A DNA stretch of 31,871 nt from contig DASUEW010000642.1 of NCBI GenBank assembly GCA_036274875.1, forward strand, positions 1 to 31,871, given 5' to 3'. Below the pieces are notes generated by a model. It was given only the letters and a program-made list of their open reading frames with translations, was not told the origin of the DNA and made no database searches. How positions within the stretch are numbered: the first letter of the stretch is position 1; each line of letters starts with the position of its first letter. The DNA is from Ilumatobacteraceae bacterium (GTDB lineage: Bacteria; Actinomycetota; Acidimicrobiia; Acidimicrobiales; Ilumatobacteraceae). The position numbers and the translations under genes are program-made. Below are positions 1-7,356 of this stretch, piece by piece.

Positions 1-2
1 TC

Positions 3-923
3 AACGTGCCATGGATGACCTGGCCGTGGGGACCCGGCCACGGTGATTTCGGTGGCGGCACCACAGATGGTGTGGTTGCCAACAGGACCGCGATCGCCGT
101 CGGTTTCGCCAAGCTGCAGGCATCGGGAACCCATGTCGCTCGCTGGTGGGCGTTCCAAGGGGACGCGTGGCAGATCAACCGTGACGCGAACGGATGGCCT
201 ACCTCGCTGAATCCGGCCGTGTACGCCGACTTCGACGCCGCCCTGAGCCTCGCCAGCCAGTACGACCTGTACTACGACTTCGTCCTGTTCGGTGGCCCCA
301 ACCAGTTCCCGTCGACGTGGCGAACCGACCCCGCGCAACGAGTCCAGCTCGCGAAGGTGCTCGCGCCGCTCTTCGCTCGCTACAAGGACAACCCCCGCGT
401 GATGTCGTGGGAGATCTTCAACGAACCGGAATGGGAGATCTGGAACAGCGGCGGGGTCGTCAGCGAAGCCCATGTGAAGGCGATGGCCGTCGAGATCATC
501 AAGTCGATCCGTGTCAACGCTCCGACAACGCTGGTCACCGTTGGCCAGGCTCTCGTCGGCGGCTTCAACTCGTCCCAGCGAGGAATCGCGATGTGGACCG
601 ACGTCGACCTCGACTTCTACTCGCCACACTGGTACGGCGCCCACACGTCGCCGTTCTCCATCTGCGCCATGTGCACCACGGCCCCCGACCTGCAGACCCT
701 GTACAACACCACCAAGCCGATCGTGATCGGTGAGTTCGACCAAGGTCTCGACACCACCAGCGCCAACACCGCTCGACTGAACCAGTGGTACAGCAAGGGA
801 TACGCCGGCGCATGGGGCTGGTCGCTCTTCCACGAACAGACGAACGACAAGTTCCCGATCGACTTCGTCGCCATGACGACGTTCAACGGGCAGCACTCCG
901 ACATCGGCCCTCGAACGCCTTGA
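3..923 (+). CDS. Clan GH-A (GH5-like) glycoside hydrolase, 5'-partial (frame open to the window edge)
   Basis: Acid/base motif WEIFNEPEW, nucleophile motif PIVIGEF, YSPHWY and GAWGWS of a TIM-barrel GH-A enzyme; N-terminal (N)VPWMTW. Stop TGA at 921-923. Confidence 0.8.
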   Translation, partial: NVPWMTWPWGPGHGDFGGGTTDGVVANRTAIAVGFAKLQASGTHVARWWAFQGDAWQINRDANGWPTSLNPAVYADFDAALSLASQYDLYYDFVLFGGPNQFPSTWRTDPAQRVQLAKVLAPLFARYKDNPRVMSWEIFNEPEWEIWNSGGVVSEAHVKAMAVEIIKSIRVNAPTTLVTVGQALVGGFNSSQRGIAMWTDVDLDFYSPHWYGAHTSPFSICAMCTTAPDLQTLYNTTKPIVIGEFDQGLDTTSANTARLNQWYSKGYAGAWGWSLFHEQTNDKFPIDFVAMTTFNGQHSDIGPRTP

Positions 924-1221
924 CGGGCTTGCGTCCGGCCAGCCCGTTCGGCTCGTTCGTGTGCGACACGCTTCGAGCGTTCCGGAGCCGGCGTTGCGCC
1001 AGGCGTTCCAGATGCTGACCGAGGGTGGCAACCTCTCCGACGCCGCACTCGAGACCGAGACGTTCGATGTGCTGCTCGACTGCCGATGCGGGTTCGCGGG
1101 TGCCCTCGGGCACGACGACCTGATCGGTGGGTCGGTGGCGGTGTGCCCGGCCTGCGGCGACGTCTCGACGCGGCGGCGAACGGCCGAGCTCGAGCTCCTC
1201 GAGGTCCGAACCGCTCCCTAG
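901..1221 (+). pseudogene. hypA: HypA-like nickel metallochaperone lacking a recognisable N-terminal MH start (truncated or atypical)
   Basis: Frame 1 reads ..SALERLDGLASGQPVRLVRVRHASSVPEPALRQAFQMLTEGG..DCRCG..VCPACG..ELELLEV, matching the HypA layout (P.AL.QAF, two Cys pairs, EL.L.EV). Open from a stop at 874-876, but the first ATG/GTG/TTG is GTG 961 and the Ni-binding Met-His is absent. Lies next to the hydrogenase operon. Confidence 0.6.
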
Positions 1222-1237
1222 CGTTGTTGCGGCATCG

Positions 1238-1696
1238 TCAGAGCCGGCTGGCGACCAATCTGGCGATCACATCGACCGCGTCCTCCACCGCACCGGCGAC
1301 CGCGGATGAGAGTCCGCGGCCGGGAGTCGTCTCGTGCGCCTCGACCCCGACGACGATCAGCCGTTTCGGGAGTCGATCGAGGGCGCGGCCGAGCGCGACG
1401 GCGTCTGCGAGACCCAATGCGTGGCTTCCAGTCGAGGCCGACGTGCTCGGCAGTTCGGAGTCGTCCGCCCACACGTGGATCTTCCCGGGCGCGCCGCCGC
1501 CGCGGACGGCGTCGACGACCACCGCCACGTCGACACCGGCCCAGGCGTCCAGGAGCCGGGTCGGCTCGCCGTCCGATTCGACGACGTCGACGGCCGGTCC
1601 GACGCGTTGGCCGACGGCTTCGGCGACGGCCCACCCGATGCCGTCGTCCCGCCGCCAGGGGTTGCCGACGCCGATGATGACCGCGCGCGATGTCAC
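1238..1696 (-). CDS. [NiFe]-hydrogenase maturation endopeptidase (HybD/HoxW-like), 152 aa
   Basis: IIGVGNPWRRDDGIG, VVVDAV, SHALGL motifs; GTG at 1696 overlaps the large-subunit stop (GTGA). Confidence 0.92.
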   Translation of the reverse strand: MTSRAVIIGVGNPWRRDDGIGWAVAEAVGQRVGPAVDVVESDGEPTRLLDAWAGVDVAVVVDAVRGGGAPGKIHVWADDSELPSTSASTGSHALGLADAVALGRALDRLPKRLIVVGVEAHETTPGRGLSSAVAGAVEDAVDVIARLVASRL

Positions 1697-2997
1697 GCTC
1701 GGTCGACGGTCAGATCGAGGAAATGCGTGGCGCACGAGATGCACGGGTCGTAGTTGCGGATGACCTGTTCGGCTCGCCGTCCGAGCTCGTCGTCGGCAAG
1801 GTGGAGGTTCCCCTCGACGAAGTGGAACAGGTCGTGCTCGATGCTCGCCTGGTTCTGCGACGTCGGGGGCACGATCCGGGCGCCGAGGATCGTCCCGTCG
1901 TCGTCGAGCTGATACCGATGCCACAGCATCCCCCGCGGCGCTTCGGTCCAGCCGAACCCGACGCCCGCCCGCGGCGGCACCTCGACCGCAGGTCGCTCCG
2001 GCTCGCGGTAGCGCTCGATGATGGCAAGACCCTCGTCGCAGGCGTGGACGATCTCGACGGCTCGGATCACGATCGACCGGAACGGGTTGCGTTCCGCCGG
2101 CGTGAGACCGGCGGCGCCCGCGGCGTCGCGCGCGAGCGGTGTGAGCTCGTCGAAGTTCAGCGCGAACCGGGCGAGTGGCCCTAGGAAGTACTCACCTCGC
2201 CCGAGCACGCGGGCGTGGAGCGCGGTCGAGTGCTCCACGTGGTCTTCGACGATGTGATGCTCGAGCTCCTCCGGTCCGATGTCGAGCCCGAGCGTCGAGA
2301 CGAGCCGACCCCGGGTGATCGGGTACTCACCTGGATGGCGGAGTGCCGCCAACTCCCCGGGCCACTCGTGGTCGGGGAAGTCGAACCCGGCAACCCAGCG
2401 GACCGTGTCCAGCGCGAGCTCTCGCGCCCGCTCCAATCGCGGTGCGATCGCTCGCAACTGGGCCTCGGTCGGTACCCGGTAGAAGCCCCCGATCCGCACA
2501 TTGACGGGGTGGATCGCCCGGCCGCCGATGAGCTCGACGAGCTGGTTGCCGATCTTCTTGAGGTCGAGGCCGCGTTGCACGAGGTCGCGGTGGGCGGTGG
2601 CCATCTCGATGGCGCCGTCGTAGCCGAGGAAATCCGGTGCGTGCAGGAGATAGATGTGCAGGCTGTGGCTCTCGATCCACTCGCCGCAGTACATGAGACG
2701 GCGCAGGTCGACGACCGGAGCGTCGACCGTGACGTCGCACAGCGACTCGATCGCGTTGCAGGCGCTCATCTGATAGGCGACCGGGCAGATACCGCAGATG
2801 CGGGCCGTGATGTCCGGTGGTTCGGTGTACGCCCGGCCTCGCAACAGCGCCTCGAAGAAGCGCGGCGGCTCGTAGATCCGCAACTGCACTTCGCGCACCT
2901 GCCCGTCGCGGATCACTACATGCATCGCGCCTTCCCCCTCGACACGCGCGAGTCCCGAGACTGTGAAGGTCCGATCAGGGTCGGCCCGGTGGGTCAT
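1693..2997 (-). CDS. hydA: Group 3b [NiFe]-hydrogenase large (alpha) subunit, 434 aa
   Basis: ARVEGEG, L1 [11 protein letters not shown]2 [12 protein letters not shown] followed by a 9-aa cleavable tail [12 protein letters not shown] 2997 overlaps the delta stop (ATGA). The 748-aa ORF in the track over-extends upstream. Confidence 0.96.
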   Translation of the reverse strand: MTHRADPDRTFTVSGLARVEGEGAMHVVIRDGQVREVQLRIYEPPRFFEALLRGRAYTEPPDITARICGICPVAYQMSACNAIESLCDVTVDAPVVDLRRLMYCGEWIESHSLHIYLLHAPDFLGYDGAIEMATAHRDLVQRGLDLKKIGNQLVELIGGRAIHPVNVRIGGFYRVPTEAQLRAIAPRLERARELALDTVRWVAGFDFPDHEWPGELAALRHPGEYPITRGRLVSTLGLDIGPEELEHHIVEDHVEHSTALHARVLGRGEYFLGPLARFALNFDELTPLARDAAGAAGLTPAERNPFRSIVIRAVEIVHACDEGLAIIERYREPERPAVEVPPRAGVGFGWTEAPRGMLWHRYQLDDDGTILGARIVPPTSQNQASIEHDLFHFVEGNLHLADDELGRRAEQVIRNYDPCISCATHFLDLTVDRA

Positions 2998-3788
2998 GTC
3001 GGCCCTTCGTTGGTGGTGAGTCGCTCGCTCTCCTGGTGGAACCGTTCGGCGCCGGTGTTGAAGGTGCGCAGCATGCGGACCAGGTCGAGTCGACCGACGC
3101 CGAGCCGGCCGAGCTCGGTTGACAGCGAGGCAGGGTTCGGGTCCTCCGCGGGACCGAAGCAGCCGTAGCAACCTCGCCCGTAGGTCGGGCACAGCGCGCC
3201 ACAACCGGCCTGGGTGACGGGACCGAGGCACGGCGTTCCGCCGGCCACCATCACGCACACGTTGCCGCGGAGCTTGCACTCGACGCACACGCTGTGACCG
3301 GCCACGTTGGGCCGGCGTTCGCCGAGGAACGCGGCGATCACGTCGAGGAGCTGGCGCTTGTCGATCGGACAGCCGCGCAGCTCGAAGTCGACCGGGACGT
3401 GGGCGCTGATCGGCGTCGAGGTGGCGAGCGTCGAGACATAGGACGGTGTGGCGTACACGATCCGCACGAAGTCGTCGATGTCGGCGTAGTTGCGGAGCGC
3501 CTGGATCCCACCGGCGGTGGCGCAGGCGCCGATCGTCACGAGGCGACGCGATGCCTCGCGGATTCCCTTGATGCGCTCGGCGTCGGCCTCGGTGGTGATC
3601 GAACCTTCGACGAGGGACAGGTCGTACGGGCCGGCGACGGTCGCCCGTGTTGCCTCGAGGAAGTAGGCGATCTGCACGCGTTCGGCGACGGCCAGCAATT
3701 CGTCCTCGCAGTCGAGCAACGAGAGCTGGCATCCGTCGCACGACGCGAACTTCCACACCGCGACGGTCGACCGGACGGTGCTGGTCAC
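2994..3788 (-). CDS. hydD: Group 3b [NiFe]-hydrogenase small (delta) subunit, about 264 aa
   Basis: [54 protein letters not shown] Fe-S motifs; GTG 3788 overlaps the gamma stop. Confidence 0.94.
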   Translation of the reverse strand: MTSTVRSTVAVWKFASCDGCQLSLLDCEDELLAVAERVQIAYFLEATRATVAGPYDLSLVEGSITTEADAERIKGIREASRRLVTIGACATAGGIQALRNYADIDDFVRIVYATPSYVSTLATSTPISAHVPVDFELRGCPIDKRQLLDVIAAFLGERRPNVAGHSVCVECKLRGNVCVMVAGGTPCLGPVTQAGCGALCPTYGRGCYGCFGPAEDPNPASLSTELGRLGVGRLDLVRMLRTFNTGAERFHQESERLTTNEGPT

Positions 3789-4663
3789 CACCGTCGAACC
3801 GCCAGCAGCGGGGCCGCGGTTGCCCAGGTGACGACCGGACCGTCGGCGCAGATGAAGAGCGGACCGAGCTGGCAGTGGCCACACTGGCGAACGGCACAGT
3901 GCATGTTCCGTTCGAGCGAGACGAAGATCCGCTCGGCATCGACCCCCGCGCCGACGAGGTCGCGGGCGACGACGCGGATCATCACCTCGGGCCCGCAGAG
4001 GAACACCGTCGCACGTGTGGGCGTGATCGGCAGGCGGTCGATCAACGTGGTGACCAGGCCGACGTGGCCCTCCCAGCCGCGCGGGGCGGCGTCGACCGTG
4101 ACGGCCACGTGGGCATCGCTTCGCGCCCGCCACGCCTCGATCTCCGGTGCGAAGAGCAGGTCAGCCGGGGTCCGGGCGCCGATCAGCACTGCGACCCGAT
4201 CGAACCGCCGGCGGTTCTCCAGCACCTCGCGGATCACTGGTCGCAGCGGTGCGAGGCCGATGCCGCCACCCAGGACCAACACGTCGGACCCCTCCGCCGC
4301 GGGGACCCCCCAACCGGCGCCGAACGGGCCGCGCACGCCCACGACCGACCCTGGCTCGAGCCGGCACAGCGCTCGTGTGGTCGCCCCGACGCCCCGGATG
4401 GTGTGCCGTAGGGCGCCCTCACGGGCCGGGCACCCGCTGATCGAGATCGGCGCCTCACCCACCCCGAACGCGTAGAGCATCGTGAACTGGCCGGGCTCGG
4501 GCTCGTCGATCGGCGCGTCGACCGGCTCGAGCCCGATCGTGATCGTGTCGGCGGTCTCCCGCTCGCGGCTGACGACCCGGTAGCGAGTCGGCACCATCGG
4601 CCCGACCGGCGGCCGGAGGCGACGGCCGGCGGACGTCGCCACCGCGCCGGCGTCAGCGGGCAT
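3785..4663 (-). CDS. hydG: Group 3b hydrogenase gamma subunit (FAD/NAD(P)-binding, 2Fe-2S), up to 292 aa
   Basis: [59 protein letters not shown]. Confidence 0.94.
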   Translation of the reverse strand: MPADAGAVATSAGRRLRPPVGPMVPTRYRVVSRERETADTITIGLEPVDAPIDEPEPGQFTMLYAFGVGEAPISISGCPAREGALRHTIRGVGATTRALCRLEPGSVVGVRGPFGAGWGVPAAEGSDVLVLGGGIGLAPLRPVIREVLENRRRFDRVAVLIGARTPADLLFAPEIEAWRARSDAHVAVTVDAAPRGWEGHVGLVTTLIDRLPITPTRATVFLCGPEVMIRVVARDLVGAGVDAERIFVSLERNMHCAVRQCGHCQLGPLFICADGPVVTWATAAPLLAVRRW

Positions 4664-5123
4664 CGACGTTCCCGTAGAGATCGAGCAGACGGAACCGTGT
4701 GGCCTGGAGACGGTCGACGACGACCTGCGCGAATCGCTTCATCAGCCGGTACCCGAACACCGGGTCGGCGTCGCACTTGGCCCGCAGGCACGCCGACTCG
4801 ATCACGATCACGCGCGTTCTGTCGATCGCTTCGACGTCGTATGTCCACCGATAGGGCGGGAACAACCACGACCATCCGACGAGGTCGCCGGCACCGATCG
4901 TTTCGATCAGGAGTGGTCCGGTCGGTGCGTGCAGTTCGAGCGCCACCTTGCCATGCCGCACAACGAAGAACCGGTCTGCCGGCGCCCCTTCCCTTGCGAG
5001 GTAGGTCCCGGCCTGGAACACCTCGTTGTGCCCACACCCCGCCATCAGCTCGATGTCGGCCGGTTCGAGATCGCGCAGCACCGGCTGGTCGGCGAGGAGC
5101 TCGCGAATCGGGATGGGTCTCAT
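4653..5123 (-). CDS. Stand-alone cyclic-nucleotide-binding-fold (CAP_ED) protein without HTH, 156 aa
   Basis: LAREGAPADRFFVVRHGKVAL..IETIGAGDLVGWSWL beta-barrel pattern; ATG 5123 overlaps the beta stop (ATGA) and the 3' end overlaps the gamma start by 11 nt. Confidence 0.88.
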   Translation of the reverse strand: MRPIPIRELLADQPVLRDLEPADIELMAGCGHNEVFQAGTYLAREGAPADRFFVVRHGKVALELHAPTGPLLIETIGAGDLVGWSWLFPPYRWTYDVEAIDRTRVIVIESACLRAKCDADPVFGYRLMKRFAQVVVDRLQATRFRLLDLYGNVDAR

Positions 5124-6259
5124 ACGTCTGTCCCCCCGGCCGCGATCGCGGCGACTTCGGCGGTGAGATCGATGCCGGCGGGGCACCACGAGATGCAACG
5201 GCCACACCCGACGCAACCTGACTCGCCGAACTGATCCCACCACGTCGAGAGCTTGTGTGTGAGCCACTGCCGGTAGCGCGACCGTGTGTCGCCGCGCACG
5301 CTGCCAGCCCCGTGGACAACCGAGTGGCCGAGCGTGAAGCACGAGTCCCACCGCTGGACACGCTCGGCGCGGTCGCCATCCAGGGAGGTCACGTCCTCGA
5401 TCGCACTGCAGAAGCACGTGGGGCACACCAACGTGCAGTTCGTGCAGGAGAGACAGCGCTCCGCGACGTCGTCCCAACGAGGATGCTCGAGGTTGGCGAT
5501 CAACGCGTCACGCGCGGTCGCGGGGTCGAGGTGGCGTGACATTTGCTCGACGCTGTGGGCGAGGACGCGCCGCGCCGCGTCGAGATCGTCGCCAGTCGCT
5601 CCTCGCCACGACACCGTCGACTGGACGTCGGCCAACACCTCGGCTCCCCGCTCGGTGCCGACCTCGACCCACAACTCGTGGCGGCCCTCGTCGATCAGCT
5701 CGGTCGCGGCGAGGTCGTGTCCCGTCTCGACCGCCGGACCCGTGCCCATCGACGTGCAGAAACAGGTCGAAGCCGGGCTGCCGCAGTTCACCCCAACGAA
5801 GAACGCCCGTTCCCGCGACCGGACGTAGGAGGGGTCGGGATGGGGACCGTCGCGCACGACGTGGTCCTGGACGGCGATCGCCGCCAGCTCGCACGCCCGC
5901 ACCCCGACGAAGGCGTATGGCGGTGGCTCGACGACGTCGTCGACGAGCTCGAACCCGTCCCCGATCCGCAACGCCGACCACAGCGTGCGCCTGGGTGCCG
6001 TCAGATAGCGCCGCGGCGAGTAGGGCCCGACCGCGTACGCGAACAGGGACCGATCGTCGCGACGGCGCAACCGGTAGGTGGCAGCCTCCTGTTCGTCGCT
6101 CCACCCGACCGGGAGCGCGGCCACTCCGTCAACCTCGTCGAGCACGATCGCGCCATCGCGCACGGTCGGGGCGATGACCATGTAGCCCCGCCGGCGGAGC
6201 GCGCCGATCAGCTCGTCGACGGCTCGTTCGGCGGGCGAGAACACCAGACGCACGTTCAC
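5120..6259 (-). CDS. hydB: Group 3b hydrogenase beta subunit (4Fe-4S dicluster, AsrA/HydB-like), 379 aa
   Basis: GVRACEL, CGSPASTCFCTSM, CLSCTNCTLVCPTCFC, RYRQWLTHK, CVGCGRCISWCPAGID. Confidence 0.94.
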   Translation of the reverse strand: MNVRLVFSPAERAVDELIGALRRRGYMVIAPTVRDGAIVLDEVDGVAALPVGWSDEQEAATYRLRRRDDRSLFAYAVGPYSPRRYLTAPRRTLWSALRIGDGFELVDDVVEPPPYAFVGVRACELAAIAVQDHVVRDGPHPDPSYVRSRERAFFVGVNCGSPASTCFCTSMGTGPAVETGHDLAATELIDEGRHELWVEVGTERGAEVLADVQSTVSWRGATGDDLDAARRVLAHSVEQMSRHLDPATARDALIANLEHPRWDDVAERCLSCTNCTLVCPTCFCSAIEDVTSLDGDRAERVQRWDSCFTLGHSVVHGAGSVRGDTRSRYRQWLTHKLSTWWDQFGESGCVGCGRCISWCPAGIDLTAEVAAIAAGGTDV

Positions 6260-6317
6260 CGGGCCTCAGCGTGCCCGATCCCGTGCCGGCCGTCCAGGGC
6301 GACGCGGGGGCAAGCGA

Positions 6318-7205
6318 TCACGCGTCCATCACCACCTCGTCGAAGACGGATCCGTCCTGGCCGATCGCACGAAGCATCAGCCGGTCCCCGGTGATGGCGA
6401 TGTCCAGGAAGTTGTGCCACGAATACGACGCGGCCGTGAAGGCGTCGGCACCGGTGCGGCGGGTACCTGCCCCCGCACCCGACACCACGTACGTCACGCC
6501 GCCGATCGGCACACTGCGCTGGTAGTCGTGGTCGTGACCGGACAGGACGAGTTGCACGCCGTATTGCTCGAACAGCGGTGACAGCGCTTGCCGCACGTTG
6601 ATACTCGACCCCTGGTAGCCGGCCGAGTAGGGCGGGTGATGGAGTGCGACAATCTTCCATCCGGCCGACGTCGAGGCGAGCGAATCCTCGAGGAACGCGA
6701 GTTGCTCGGGGTCGGCGACTTCGTTGGAGTCGAGGCCGACGATCAGGACATCGTCGTACTCCTCGGCCCAGAACCGCCCGGACATGCCGAGCGCCTCCAT
6801 CTGCGCATCGCCCCAGCCGTCCTTCACATCGTGGTTACCGAGGATCGCCAGGAGCACGGTGCCGCTGTCGAGGACCTCGCTGAAAGGCTCGAACACCGTG
6901 CCGGGGAGATTCGCCGGATTGCCGGTCGGGTAGACGTTGTCGCCCAGCAGCAACAGCGCGTCGTACGGTTCGATCGCGCCGATCCGCGCCACGGCCGCAC
7001 CCGTGGCGTCGATCCTGGAGCCGCTGTCGCCGACGTCGCCGGCAGCGGCCAGATGGAATGCGGCCGGCGGGTCGTGTGCCACATAGGCCCAAGTCGTCGA
7101 CGGCCCGTCCTTGCGGTGCGTCAGATACGACACGACCTGACGGTGGTACAACGCGAATCCGACCCCGAGGCCGGCCACGAGCACGAGAACGAGCAGCAGC
7201 GCCAA
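6318..7205 (-). CDS. Membrane-anchored or exported metallophosphoesterase (purple-acid-phosphatase-like); start uncertain
   Basis: All five calcineurin-like motifs: GDVG, GDNVY, GNHD, ALHHPPY, SGHDHDY; N-terminal hydrophobic segment. The frame continues upstream as an Arg-rich n-region (TGRRFARRRPRIAWRS) with no in-frame ATG/GTG. Confidence 0.88.
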   Translation of the reverse strand: MALLLVLVLVAGLGVGFALYHRQVVSYLTHRKDGPSTTWAYVAHDPPAAFHLAAAGDVGDSGSRIDATGAAVARIGAIEPYDALLLLGDNVYPTGNPANLPGTVFEPFSEVLDSGTVLLAILGNHDVKDGWGDAQMEALGMSGRFWAEEYDDVLIVGLDSNEVADPEQLAFLEDSLASTSAGWKIVALHHPPYSAGYQGSSINVRQALSPLFEQYGVQLVLSGHDHDYQRSVPIGGVTYVVSGAGAGTRRTGADAFTAASYSWHNFLDIAITGDRLMLRAIGQDGSVFDEVVMDA

Positions 7206-7306
7206 GCTGCGCCAGGCGATGCGGGGGCGTCGTCGGGCGAATCGTCGGCCAGTGAGCGCAGCGGTGTCCGTGACCTCATCGTGCGCCCGAGCCGGCCGGA
7301 ACCCCA

Positions 7307-7320
7307 GGGACCAATGGCCC
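7307..7320. promoter_or_regulatory. DosR/DevR-type box GGGAC-CAAT-G-G-CCC, with a degenerate second site at 7327-7340
   Basis: Exact match to GGGAC-N4-G-N-CCC. Centred about 43 nt upstream of the inferred leaderless start at 7357. The weaker copy TCGAC-AATC-G-G-CTC lies 20 bp downstream. Confidence 0.55.
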
Positions 7321-7343
7321 GAGACGTCGACAATCGGCTCGCG

Positions 7344-7349
7344 TACCGT
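7344..7349 (+). promoter_or_regulatory. -10 element TACCGT of a probable leaderless promoter
   Basis: TANNNT hexamer followed by 7 nt and then GTG 7357. Confidence 0.55.
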
Positions 7350-7356
7350 GATTGGT

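Noticed and set aside
923-947. Hairpin acgggct..agcccgt after the GH stop as a terminator
   Set aside because: Only 7 bp with an 11-nt loop and no U-tract; it lies within the hypA-like frame.
1693-3939. 748-aa ORF suggesting a large-subunit fusion
   Set aside because: Hydrogenase homology begins at ATG 2997. The upstream part is an Arg-rich off-frame reading of hydD.
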